Origin: Octopus bimaculoides
Taxonomy: Eukaryota
Length of the DNA: 64,000 nucleotides
Reading direction: 5' to 3'
Assembly (NCBI RefSeq): GCF_001194135.2
Contig: NC_068983.1
Location: 89,223,530-89,287,529 of the forward strand
Below, in pieces: positions 39,142 to 52,384 of the stretch. The position numbers and the translations under genes were made by a program. Position 1 is the stretch's first letter. Each line of letters starts with the position of its first letter. The notes beneath the pieces were generated by a model, which had not been told where the DNA came from, did not search any database, and saw nothing but the letters and a program-made list of their open reading frames with translations.

Positions 39142-39689
39142 GCACCGACTGAGATGCCCAGAACTCAACACAGACTAAATTATTTTTGATTGCATCACAA
39201 AGTACCAAATATGTACAATGTAGTAGAATGCAAAATGTACAATGTGAGTAAACAATCAGTCATATTGTTTTTGGCAGACCAAACTTGGGGAGGAGGAGTG
39301 TTCGTTTTTCCTTGTGCAAGTATGTACAGGCAGGACAAAGCAGACACACTAGAAATCACACCAACATTAGGAAATACTCACAAAAACAAGATGGTATAGA
39401 CATATACAGATAAGGCCTCTCAAAATGACAGTGACCATACTCTGGAACAATGCATAAAAAGAGTGGTTTAGCCAAATTGGCCTAATAATTATGAAAAATA
39501 TTCTACTTTATACCTCAATTCCAGCAGATGACAAGAAATAGAGAACCTATAAAGTACTGGAAATAAAGAAATCAAAATGAGGGCTGACAACCTAAACAAT
39601 CCTTATAATATTAGGTGTCTTGGAAAAGAGATAGAGATCCCCAACTCTCCAAACTTTAGGACTTCAACATATATACAACATACAGACAA

Positions 39690-42600
39690 CAGCAATAGCA
39701 CTTCCTTCTCTCCTTTCTTTTTCAAGTGAAATTCAGAAGAGTTAATGAGGGCTTGGCCAACCTAGCCCACCATACAACCTCTTTCATTAAGGCCACCAGA
39801 CATATAGACACTGCCTTTCTTGATGAAAGGAAGATAGTGGGACAGTCTTCATTGTGGACTCAGCTGGATCCATCCTACACATTACAGCAGCTGTTCAACA
39901 TAAACCCACAAGTCAACAATGTTCAGGCACTGGACAAGTATGTGCAGAACAGTTTTGTCACTCTGCCTACATCTCAAGGAAACCTGATTGGCAGTGCTTC
40001 CATTTCTGTAGAGTTTATCTTGAACCAGTTATACACCTTGGTAGCACAGCCAGTTCAAGGATTTTTTAATATTATTCATGAGTCCTAATCTAAAAATCAT
40101 CTGGAACAGACCAGCTAGTTGATTTTTGTCAATAGTCAGAGTTCCCCAAGAATGCTGTTGCTCTTGTCTGCTACTACCCCACTATAGAACACCATGGTGA
40201 AAATTCCATCAACAGCACTACCCAACTGGCAAAAGTTCATGTGTGCTTGATTATATTCCAGATACTAAGTGCCCTGCTTCAGTCTATGCTTGACCCAAGA
40301 CTGCAACCCTGTCAAAGAGATGAGCAGTGGAAATGCAGGTCTAACAAACAGTGACCATATCTGTTCACTATCAAGGAATTGCAAGAGAGGTCATGAGCTC
40401 ACTGCATGTCTGTGCACCATCAGCCAATGCATGCCCATTGATTCAGCCAGTGTTGACAGCAAATGGAGCATCTGACAAGTGGGACATGTCTCTTCCACAG
40501 TAAATGGAAGAGTGGGCACTCCAGGTCAGACAAGGTAACAGTGATTTTGTGGAATTTCTACAGGTAGCCCTTGAAAGTCTCCCTCTTTTGGGGAATTGTT
40601 CATTGTTAATATTTCATTATTACTGTTATTTTTCTGTTTACACATTCTTTCATGTAATCTCACAATGTATCATCCTGTAACATTCTCGATCTTTAGATAA
40701 ACCCTTAGTGGTTAATAAAGAAACAATTATTATTATTAAGGCAGCAAACTGGCAGAATTGTTAGCACGCTAAATTCCTTAGCAGTATTTCTTCCAACTCA
40801 TTACATTCTAAGTTCAAATTCTACTGAGGTTGACTAGACCCTTCCCAATAGGAGAGGTCTACTCAATGATGGTCAGGCATAATATATGATAGAAGCAATG
40901 TAAGTGTTCATCACCTCTGCCTGATCTTTCAGGGATAGCTTTCCTTTGATCCATTTCAGGGTGAGATTAACCACCCTACTTATCAATTTGTCCCAGTTTT
41001 CCTCAACTTGGAGATCTGGACTAAAGCAGATCCCAGAGGAATTTAAATGGTTCATTTGCCCTATAACACTGTTGGACAGCATGGACCTGCCTCTCTAAGT
41101 GCCAAGCTGCAGGCCCACTGACTTTTCTTGATTGATTATTGCTCCTGTCACCTTGTAGCTCCTTAGATCAGTGCAAATTGCCTCAATATGCTTGGTATCC
41201 AACACCATCATGGTGACATTATATGCATATGTTAACATAATTCTTCCACATCCTAGTTGACAGGGGATGCCCAACATCTCTAGTTTCCACAGTAGTGGCT
41301 CAAGAGACAGTACATACAGAAAAGATGAGAAGATGGACTGAACACACAAAGCTGAATGGTTCCAAGAGGTAACCACTCACTCTAACTACTTAGTAGATGT
41401 ACATTGCAGCAATCCAAGTGTGGAACATGGGACCAAAACTGGCAACCATAAGGACAGCTGTTAAGCATTGGAAGTCAACTCTATTAAAAGCTTTTGATTG
41501 ATCTAAGTTTATCACAGATCCACTTACACCAGGTTCCTTATCTATGATATATCACATGAGGTGGAGGCTGTTGTGGATAGACCTGTTTGGGATGGCACGT
41601 TTGTACATCAATATGACCATTGATGTCAAGCATCAACATCAGTCAAAATTTTGAAATCTGCATGTAGCAGAGTTTTCAGCCTAAAATTTTCTGTGATCCC
41701 CCTTGTTTGGGCTCCTTCTCAAAAGTGTCACTGCTCCTTGACTCATAGAACTAGTGATTCTCTCATTCTGCTGCCAGTTGCAGTAAATATTTGCTAAGAG
41801 GTCTCCAAACAAGTCTAGCATGTAAAAGTAAAGCTTGTAGGGCAGATCATCCAAACCATCCATTACTTCCTGTATTTCTATAGCTGTTAGCTTTTTACAA
41901 CAACTCTGCTTCTCTTGGTGAGAGGCATGGTAGGCTATCAAAGTAGGCACTGAAGCCCATTCTGTAGCCTGGCCTGCCACCTGTCCCAAACAGTCTAACG
42001 AAGTACCACAGAAAAACTGCATACATCTGGTCAAGTTTGAGTAACACCCACCCATCAAAGTCTGTGCAAAACCAAATTGGGCCTTTGTTTCCACATTATA
42101 CCTCTGCCACTCAAGCCTATTGGACAGCTTTTTGTCCCCATGTATCTTAGAGGTCACACCATAGTTCTGATAAGGCATCCTTTGAGCTTTGCATTGAAGA
42201 ATTCAAGGGCTAATCTTGCTGCAAGCATGTCAGTTGCAATACCTTGCCTAAATCCTCTGCTTAGTTTCTGACTAACTTCCTTCTAATTTAGTTTTCCCTG
42301 TCACTATTTCCTTACTAAATCTTATCAATTCTCTTTTATCAAGGCAAACCACCATTGGTTGTTGATAACTGCCCTCATCAACACCCACTTTACTTATTCA
42401 TTGATATAGACTCTGTAAGCTTGGTGTGCCAGGAGAAATGTGTACAGCTTCCCCAAACCAAATAGCTGACAATTTTAAATTGTAGCCATTCTATGTTATT
42501 CTTATCTACTGGTCTACTCTAGGTACAATCTGGATGAGCTGATACACTTTATCCACTTCCACATCAGCACATTTGGGAAATCCAGACATTTGGAAATGTC

Positions 42601-43030
42601 TGAATAGGTTTATGCAGCTTTTGTATCCCACCTCTTCTATTGGCTATCCCTGAACAGTTCAAGCATGCATCCAAAGTGCTGTTCCAATTTCCCACGAGCA
42701 CTAAGGAGTGAAACATTCCTAGGAAACACTCCAGACACCTAAAGAAATCTGGTCATCTGGCTCCTGTTGCATCATAGATGGCCACTATACTGGAAGGTAT
42801 GGCCTTGAAATTTAACACTGAACTCTGATTCCTTTCATTCATCATGATGCAGATTTAGAGCTTAGTAGCTTTGGTGTTGCAGAAGATATACCCATGTGGA
42901 CATGCTAATCAACTTCGGTACTTTGTTTAGGTACTAAGAATCTGTCTTTCCTCTTTTCTGCTATGTCTGTTTCAACAGTGGAGTCTGGTGTGGTGTATGT
43001 GTTACTTAATGAGGACTTGTGTCTGTTTCT
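39690..43030 (-). mobile_element. degenerate Tx1/L1-clade LINE
   Basis: Minus remnants LDQSKAFNRVD, FGPMFHTWI, YVLSLEPLL, AY.YNVT (YADD-equivalent), and C-terminal RCRQSDKTVLHILVQC zinc-knuckle region. A SINE is inserted at about 40738-40830. Confidence 0.75.
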
Positions 43031-44654
43031 TCAGTTACACTGGTTTTTTTATTTTGCTCCTATTTTTATTTTGTACTAACACACATATACAGTACTGGTG
43101 TATCTGCTGTTGCTTAAAATATGGATTTATAATATAGACACAAGGTTGGGAGTTGTGAGTATAGTCATTTAAGTCAACCTCATCACTTAACAGTAATATT
43201 TTATTGACTCCAGAAGGATGAAGAGCAAAGTTGACTCTGGCTGGATTTGAATTTGACAGTTATTTGTAATAATTATTCCTGACAATAAAGCTTTTTAAAA
43301 TCTGTTCGTTACCACCTTTTCTAGTTTTGCTTTTGCTACTACTTCTGACTTGATACAAATGCTATCAGAAGTAGCCATTATTTATTAGCTACCAAGATAT
43401 TATAGATAAAAATTAACACCTTTAAAGCTACTGTAAGTATTACACCTCACATCATTGTTGATCTCTGACAGCATTCTCATATATATATAAAATCAGCAAA
43501 ATAGTATCCTGAAGGCTAGCCTTCCTCCTTGATCAATTTCTAAACTCTCTAGAAAGATAAGTGGAACCTGCATAGGAGTATTGCTCATATAACTGCACAA
43601 ACAACCTAGAATACATCTAGTAATCACTCACCAATACACAACTACGATCGGTTTCCTGCACACAGTGGGAATGTTGTTGCTGTTTAACTCAAAGCTATTT
43701 AGAAAACCTATGACCAAAGGCATTTTTACCATGACCCTGTAACCCATTTTTCTTCTTCAGACTTAGTGCATTTCATACAACATTATCCAAAGTCTCCATT
43801 TTTGTTTTAAGGATGGTAAAGTGTAATCTGGGGAAGATTCAAATGCTATTTTTCAAAAGTTCAAATTAACAGTATGTGCAGAATAAAAGGTAATAGTCAA
43901 TGACTGATATCACTTTCCATTTTACCCTGGCAAGTACAAGAGATAAGTCTGGAAATATTTCAGCTTATTCTGCCCTTATCAGTAAAACAAAGCCTTCATA
44001 CTTGCCGAAGTAGTGGTAGTGGTGAAAGGATTAATTCTAGCAATAATTCTGATTTACAAATGGTTTTGTAGCTGCATAAAAGATTTAAATACACTTAATC
44101 AAAAGGTAAGACCAGTTTAATGTAACCAGGGCTCAAATGAAGTAACTATAGCACTTGTAAGTACTACAACACACTGTGCTACACTGCTACCATCACTGTT
44201 TCTACTATGTTGTTATCTCCATCTAGTTACCTAGTCCATCTCTATAATATAAAATGAGATGATGTAAGGAAGAACAAAGAAGAAAGCCACTTGTTTGTGG
44301 GTGTAGCAGACTGATATGGTGGATGGATGGGTGGGTAGACAGATAGTTGGGCTGGCGAGCTGGACAGTGGAGAGATTGATAAATGAATGAATTGGTGGGT
44401 GGGTGGATGGATGGATGGATGGATGGATGGTTCTAACTAGATAACTGACTGGATGTATGAATAAATGAATGAATGAATGAAAAATGATAAAACCTAATAT
44501 ATAAACATAAAGAACTGTAGTATGATATTTCAGTACAAAAACTACTAAACTGGGTTAGATCAATAAACAATGATGGAATTATACTATCAAAGTCACTAAT
44601 TTAATATATTAACATTGCAACACTGACATAGTAGATGGGGGAACAAAACAGTAT

Positions 44655-44900
<246 letters not shown>

Positions 44901-45454
44901 CTGAATAAGCAAAGCCTAAATGGCAGATCTATGATGATTAGAGTAGTTGAGATTTGTGAATCATAAAGAGAAGGGAAATAGTTACAATGGACAATGCATA
45001 CTCTCTGCTGCATTCTTCATCGATAATACTTCCATAACTCCTATCAAAGAATAGTACAGATGGTCAAGACAGCAGAACATAGAATTGAATGCATTACTGT
45101 AATTAGTTTCATCATACCAGCCTTTGCTTCTGAGTTCAAATCCCATCAGGATTGATTTTGCATTTCATCCCCTAATTACTGGATAATTTCATTCATATTC
45201 CTTCATTTATAAAATTGTCCATGCCCTTTTGAAAGATGCCAATAAGGATAATAATGATGATGATGATGATGATTTTAAATTTTGGCACACAGCCAGCAAT
45301 TTTGGAGAAGAGGGCAAGTCGATTACATCAACCCCAGTATTCAACCAGTACTTATTTTATCAACCCTGAAAGGATGAAAGGCAAAGTCGACTTCATGAAG
45401 ATGGACAAAATGCTGCAAAGCATTTTGACTGGCAACACTTAAAATACAGTTCAA

Positions 45455-46755
45455 TGTGAAAAATAAGGTAATAAGCATCAATACTTGAGCTGTCCCAGTT
45501 ATAAGTTATAGTTACAATATTCTTAACTGGACACTAAATGAACTAGTCAAACTAGACAGGAAAACAAGAAAAATCATAGAATTTTAATAACATACAACAC
45601 CCAAAATCTGACCTAGAAAGGTTATATATATATACAATGAAATGAAGGTGGCAGAAGCCTTATACTATAAAATATCCACCATAAGACTACAGAAATATCC
45701 AAGTGAGAACCAAGGAAAACTGATACAAATAGCCACAAAGCATGAACAAAAAAAAAAAAACTTTTCTGTTTTCAAAGAAGCTGAAAAATACAAGGAAGAG
45801 GTCATGATACCTGACAACTATGAAGAAAAAGAAGAAACATCAAAAGCTGTAAAACTGAAACTACCAAATATCATAATAAAATGATGGCAAGAAAAGCTCT
45901 TGCATGACAAATATTAGGATAAGCTAAACAGAAAGGAAACAGACAAAATAAAATCTCAACATTGGTTAGAAGTTCAGGTCTCAAAGCAGAGGCCAAAGGG
46001 GTTTTAATTGCAGCACAAGTTCAAAGCCTCCCCACTGGAAATCATCAGAAACACATAATGAAGAAAAATACAATAAATAATTGCAGAATATGTGGTAAAG
46101 GGGAAGAAACAATAAATCATATTATCTCAGACAGCCCAATCCTGGCCAAGAAGAAATATATCTACAGATGTGACAGAGTTGGAACTTATATACACTGGAA
46201 GTTGTGCCAGCACTACAGAATGATAACAGGAAAAAGATGGTATAGGCTTACCCCTGAAAAGGTCTCAGAAAATGACAAAGCAACTGTACTCTGGGATATG
46301 ACAATACACGCAGATAGAAAGATCAAGTTAACAGGCCAGATATTGTCATCAGGGACACCAAGTAAAAAAAAATACTTTCTAATTGATATATCAGTCCCAA
46401 CAAGTAACAATGTATCTCTAAAAGAAATTAAGAAACTCTGAAAATACAAAGATCTGAAAATAGAGATAACCTGAAATAATCCTTAAAATAGAGATAACCA
46501 GAAATAATCCTTAAAATAATAGATGCATTAGGCATAATTAAAAAACATAGTCAAATACATAACCAAAACACCAGGACTTATGAATATATATATATAAATA
46601 ACAGAAAATAGCATTGCTAAGCACTGCACACATCCTACGTAAAACATTTTCAATACAGTAAAAATAACACTAAAACAAACCACAGCAAATATGCAAGGCA
46701 CACAGTGAAAGCAAGTAATAAAAATATAACCACTGAATAATAATAAATAATAATA
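45455..46755 (+). mobile_element. degenerate R4/Dong-type RLE retrotransposon (3' part)
   Basis: LVKLDRKTRK, CRICGKGEETINHIIS (CCHC), VLWDMTIHADRKI, FLIDISVP. (TAA)n end at about 46738-46755. Confidence 0.82.
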
Positions 46756-47039
46756 CTTTCTTTGTTGGCCTCATGGGTTGCAAAAATATTTAGGACAATA
46801 CAAAGACAGTGGGGATTTACATAAACTTGTTAAATAATAAAAAGCAATAACAATTAACAAGAGAATTGTAACAAAATATTCCAGTAAGGATGAAATGTCA
46901 CTCAGAGGAAAACAAAAGGAATTCAACAGATATCAAGTCATCCTGCTTACCAAAAGTACCACATATGTTCTTCTCTCCTTGTATTTTTCAGGCTACAGGT
47001 GCATATTTACTCTATTCTCTTGAGTCATTCTTACTACAC

Positions 47040-47410
47040 TCACCATCTGCTTTATAAATTTACTGGGGTGTTGGGGTGAGAAGCACCTCCCTCTCCACCC
47101 TCACTTTTCTTTCCAAGAGGAATTTGAAAAGTCAATGAGGGCTTGGCTGAAAAGGAAAGTGTCTGACTTCAGTCCTTTCAATTGTGTCCCCACACAACCT
47201 CTTTCACCATAGATAGAGAGGAAAATTGCTTGCTCTTCTTAACTAGGTGGATCTTCATGATGGAGTTAGCCAATTGCTGGATCCATACTGTACACGATAG
47301 CAGCTATTTGACATAACCTCTAAGTCAGAAATGCTCAAGCACTGTACAAGCATGTGCCAGATGGTTTTGCTACTCAAATAGGCATGGCTGAAGGTATTAC
47401 TATGCCTGTA
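47040..47410 (-). mobile_element. Tx1/L1-like 3' fragment
   Basis: Similar to 39730-39990 (atgagggcttggc; KTIWHMLVQC). Confidence 0.6.
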
Positions 47411-47629
47411 GAATTTATAATATCATAAATTTTGGCATGAGGCCAGTAATTCTGAGAGGAGGGGGTTAGTCAATACCATTTGACTGGTACTTTAATTTAA
47501 TGACCCAAGAGGAATGAAAGACAAAGTTGACTATAATGAGTTTTGAACTCAGAATATAAAGGGCTAGAACAAATATTGCAAAGCACTTTTACAATACACT
47601 TAGGATTCTGCTGGCTTGCATAATTATTA

Positions 47630-47662
<33 letters not shown>

Positions 47663-47664
<2 letters not shown>

Positions 47665-49058
47665 CTGTTTGCATTGTGGGAATGGAATTTAGGATTGAAA
47701 AGTGTGCTATTTTGATATTAAAATGGAGAAGATTTGAAGGAAACCAAAGAACTGAAATGCCAAATGGGCAAACAATGAAATCAGTTGTCAAAAGACAGTG
47801 GTATAAGTATTTGGGAATACTGGGGGTAGATGAAATAAAAAACATGAAGTGATGACGCAAATTGCAAGTAGGGAGTATACAAAGGGAGTGAGAAAAATAT
47901 AGTCAAGGTTGAATTCAAGAAATATTATTGACGCAGTTAATTCAAGAGCTGTGCCAGTTATCAGACATGGAGCTGAAACTGTAAATAGGACAAAAGGCAA
48001 AATCCACTTGATAGAAAAACTAGAAATCTATTGACTATGTATGAAGCCTACTATCCAAAAGCTAATATCAACTGGTTGTATTTGATGAGAGACCAGGGTG
48101 GAAGAGTGTGTGCAGATGGAAAGCACAGAAAAGATATAAAAGTAGTGAATAAAGAACAGGCAACAACAACTGGAAAAGGAGAAAAGGACATAAATGAAAT
48201 TCAAAGAGAACATGTTGATGGGAAACTTTTGCATGGTTGGTTTTGGAAAGCCACTTGGGATGTGTGTATGTGGAACGAAATCCTGGGTTTGGTTAAGAAA
48301 AGGGCAATTAAAAAGAGAAACAGAGAGCTTTATTATAGTAGCTCAAGATTAAGCACTGCAAACAACTTGAGAAAATATGTGTATGAAGAGAAAGTGTCAG
48401 CAAAATGCAGAGTATGTGGAATTTGGAATGAAGCAATGACGCACATTATTGCAGAATGCCCCACCGTGACCCTGGGAGAATATAAGAAATGGAGACAAGA
48501 TGAAGTTGTTAAAGTTTTACACTAGAGGCTTAGTCAAAAATGGTAGTTTGCAGCAGGAAGTACATGATACAACCATCAGGTAGAAAGAATACTTGAGTCA
48601 GAAACATGCAAGATTTTGGGGATTTTCCTATTTAAATGGAAAAGAAGGAACATAACAAGCTAGATATTACAATAATAGTCAAAGAAAATTGAATCTGCTT
48701 ACTGATTGATCCATCATGTTCATTTGATAGGATTGTGAAGAAAGCAGATGAAAAGTTGAAAAATACAGCCCCTTAAAATTTGAGATTGCAAGGATTTGGA
48801 ACATGAAATCTGTAAAAATTGTACCTATAATGATCGGTGCATTAAGAACTATGAGTGATGAAATAGAAAAATGGATAAAGGAGTCTTGAATGGAATGTCC
48901 TGTGGAGCTTCTACAGAAGGTTTGTCACTTAAAATCAGGAAAGGTCATCAGAAAGGTTTTGAGCACTTAATGGCTTGTTGAAATCATACAGATATCTAAG
49001 GTTAACAGGAGTAAACCCCTAACTACATAAATTCTACCAGAAATAAGACCAATAATAA
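47663..49058 (+). mobile_element. degenerate 5'-truncated R4/Dong-type retrotransposon
   Basis: GMEFRIEKCA, YKYLGIL, KCRVCGIWNEAMTHIIAEC, IVPIMIGAL. Begins after (TTA)n and ends in aataataata. Confidence 0.82.
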
Positions 49059-49669
49059 TATAAGGGGCAGGCTCTGTGCTGATAATGTGCTACACCAGGC
49101 TCTCCATTCAAAAACAAATCTAATTTAATAACATCAGTGGAATGGGATAAAGGAACCTGTGGAAGACTTGAAGGAAGCAGCCTTTTAACGAAAATAATCT
49201 CCAAAACGAAATTTTACTGCCATACAAAGCACAGTTTCTCCTATGCACAATGTCTCAGTGAAACATGTGCGAAATACACACGAAATCAAGTTATAAAATA
49301 GAAATGGAATAAACAGTAAGTACGTAAATTGATTATGCATACACTCGAATGTCTACACAATCATATATACATTTTGATACCCATAGGACTACACATAAAT
49401 CCCAATGTTTACACAACATGAAATTTACAGGACACACATACATGCATATGAAAACATGTGTCACAAACAAAGCAAAAAAACAAAAACAAAACAAAACCAT
49501 TTTTTTTATTTTTTGAAGTAACACAGAGTGAACAATTCATGAGTTTAAAAACACCACAAAAAACTATGCCTGGAGATAAATCTATTGACAAATAAATACA
49601 GACGAATACAGATCTGTTAGCCTTAAGAAGCCACATTACAAGTAATGTTTTCATTCAGAGAACTTGGAG

Positions 49670-52195
49670 GCAGTGTTGTCTCAAAAAATTAACCCTAAAC
49701 AGACAGATCCATCCCCTAATGTCAACGTCCAAGTTCATCATGCCTCACAAACTAGATTAGTTGTCACCCAGATCACCAAGGGCCGCATACCCAAGTGATG
49801 AACCAGATTGGGTATAAAAAATCAGATACTGATTCAAATCTTCCCGAAACACAGGAGCTGGAAGTACCACACAACTCAAATATTCCAACAGATGGTTATC
49901 CATGCTTGTTATCAAATGACCAAAAGAAAAAGAATGAAAAATGGTCTAGGAGAGATAATGAAGTTTTTAAGACCTTCTATCATGCCATGTATTTCCCCAC
50001 AAATGTATCTAATGCTGTACAAACCTACTTAAACTGGAGACAGAAATACCTTGAAGTAAGACCCTACATAGACAGTAACAAACTTGCCAACGTCAGAAAG
50101 AACATTATGAAAAAGTAATTACTAACTGAATTAGAGATTGATCAAATTAAACAATCAATAAAGGATAAAAGGAATGAAGTTGCAACTAAAAAAGATACTA
50201 CAGAGGATATAATTATAGACCAACCCAGGTCTGATGAAAATGCAATAATGATTGAAAGAGTTAATGTAATTGATAAGCAAAGTGAAATACTCTCTGAACC
50301 AACCATAAACACTAAGGCAGATGAAAATCAAATAGATGAAGAAAGTCACACAGAAATTGACCTAACTGAACTACATGATCTAAAAAATAAATCATGATTG
50401 AATGGCTGAAAATTAAAGAAACCAGTATGAATGAATGTGACACTTTCCCAAAAATTTGCAATTCTAACCAAAACCTGAAAGTAATTGGTAAAATCCGCCT
50501 AGCACTTATTGATATAATTTCAGCTAATGATGTTGATATTACATATCTCAACTACCTGTACTATGCAACCGCAAAAATCTCAACAATTCTATGTGGTGAA
50601 AAGATTAGAAAACGACAACATTCACACAAAAAGCCTTCATGGCAAGAGCATATTCAACACCAAATTCAGGTACTTAGGTCTGACATAGAATGTTTAAAAA
50701 CTCATAAGTTTGACAAGACTATCAAACCAACGAAAATCTGAAAATTACAGAAAAAATATATGAAAACCATACTTGACATCGATAGCACCATAGAAACTAT
50801 CAAGCAAAAGGGTAAGCCGCCTGCATAGCAAAGTATGCAAAGCGTATTAAATTCTTCAAGGACAACATGTTAAAAAATAACCCCAAAAATTTTTACAAGA
50901 AGATAGGGAAAATACCAGTTACAGCAAAGTAAAGTCCCATCAAAATTTTTACAGGAAGATAGGGAAAATACCAGTTACAGTAAAGTAAAGTTCCATCAAA
51001 AGAAGAAGTGAAAGAATTTTGGAATAAAATTTGGGCAGAAGGAAAAAACACACAATGATTGATAGACTCCTTAGAAGAGCAAAAGTATCAATGTAGAGAA
51101 TGCAAAATCTGCTTTCAAGAAGTCAAACAAATGGAAGTCTCCAGGAAAGGATAAAATTCCTAACTTCTGGTTGAATGCCTTCCCAGAGAGCCATGAACTG
51201 CTAACAAAACTTTACAACAATGTTTTGCAACAATCTAGTACGATTCCCTCTGACAATGTATAAAATACTAATATCTGTCTTGACTGAATATGCCTATAGT
51301 TTTTTTAATAGAAAGTGGCATATTCCTTAATGAGCAAAAAGGATGTAAACATAGGTCCTATGGTTGTAAAGATTGGCTACTCATTTTGAAAGAGTGTCAC
51401 AAACAAGCCTGGATAGACTATAAAAATGCTTTTGATAGTCTACCACATAGCTGGATTAAGAAGTGTCTGGAAATGTATAAAATAGCACCTTCTCTGCAAA
51501 TCTTCTTGTCTGTAAGTATGAGATCATGGAGAACATGACTTTGAACAGTGACAATGAATCTCCTCAATGCTGGAAATGTAAAATTTTCCACTCCTCATTT
51601 GTCTAGCCCTAATGCCTCTCTCAAAATCGCTCGATGATGTACAATACAGCTATAAAATGTTTGGTAAAAATATAAATCACCTCATTTACATGGATGATTT
51701 AAAGCTCTTTGCATAAAATGACCAACAACTACAGGGCTTACTAGCGATTGTTAAACAATTCAAAGATGACATCAGGATGCAATTTGGCCTCGATAAATGT
51801 GCAAAAGCTATCTTTATCAAAGGAAAAATGACAGAAAAGTCCAATGTTAATCTTGACCAGCAAAATGTCATAAAGGAATTAGAAGCAGCAGAGAGCTACA
51901 AATACCTAGGGGTATTTGAAGGTGATGGAATCAAACATTCAGTGATGAGGGAAAGGATCAGAAGAGACTGTTATCACTGGGTAAGGGCAATACTCTAGAC
52001 AAAGCTGAATGCAAGAAACAGGATTGAAGCAATCAATATTTTAGCCATACTGGTTGTGACTTACAGTTTCAATATCATAAACTGACCAATTACTGAAATA
52101 TGTAATCTTGATAGAAAAATACGAAAATTGTTGACAATGCATAGAATGCACCACCCTAAGACAGATACAGAACGACTTTACCTGTCAAGAAAAGG
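49670..52195 (+). mobile_element. degenerate R4/Dong-type retrotransposon, 5' two-thirds
   Basis: N-terminal KWSRRDNE, then KSPGKDKIPNFW, EQKGCK, WIDYKNAFDSLPHSW, HLIYMDDLKL, QFGLDKCA, HHPKTDTERLY. Truncated at the 3' end. Confidence 0.85.
50884..50996 (+). repeat. about 57-bp tandem duplication inside the Dong-like element
   Basis: caaaa(a)tttttaca(a/g)gaagatagggaaaataccagttacag(c/t)aaagtaaagt(c/t)ccat twice. Confidence 0.85.
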
Positions 52196-52384
52196 TCCCA
52201 CATTATTATTGATATTTTCAACTGCTACAGGTAGAACGATGGTGATAATGATAATTACTGTGGTTATGGAGATGATTCAATGCAAGCACGTTATTTATAT
52301 ACATGTGTAGTACATACATGTGCACATGTATATACAAATAAAGAGAGAAAGAGAAAGATTGGATCTCAACAACAACTCTCGTGG

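Noticed and set aside
43995-44105. Plus-strand hydrophobic frame ending at AAG|GTAAGA
   Set aside because: No acceptor, start codon or partner exons; likely chance in AT-rich DNA.
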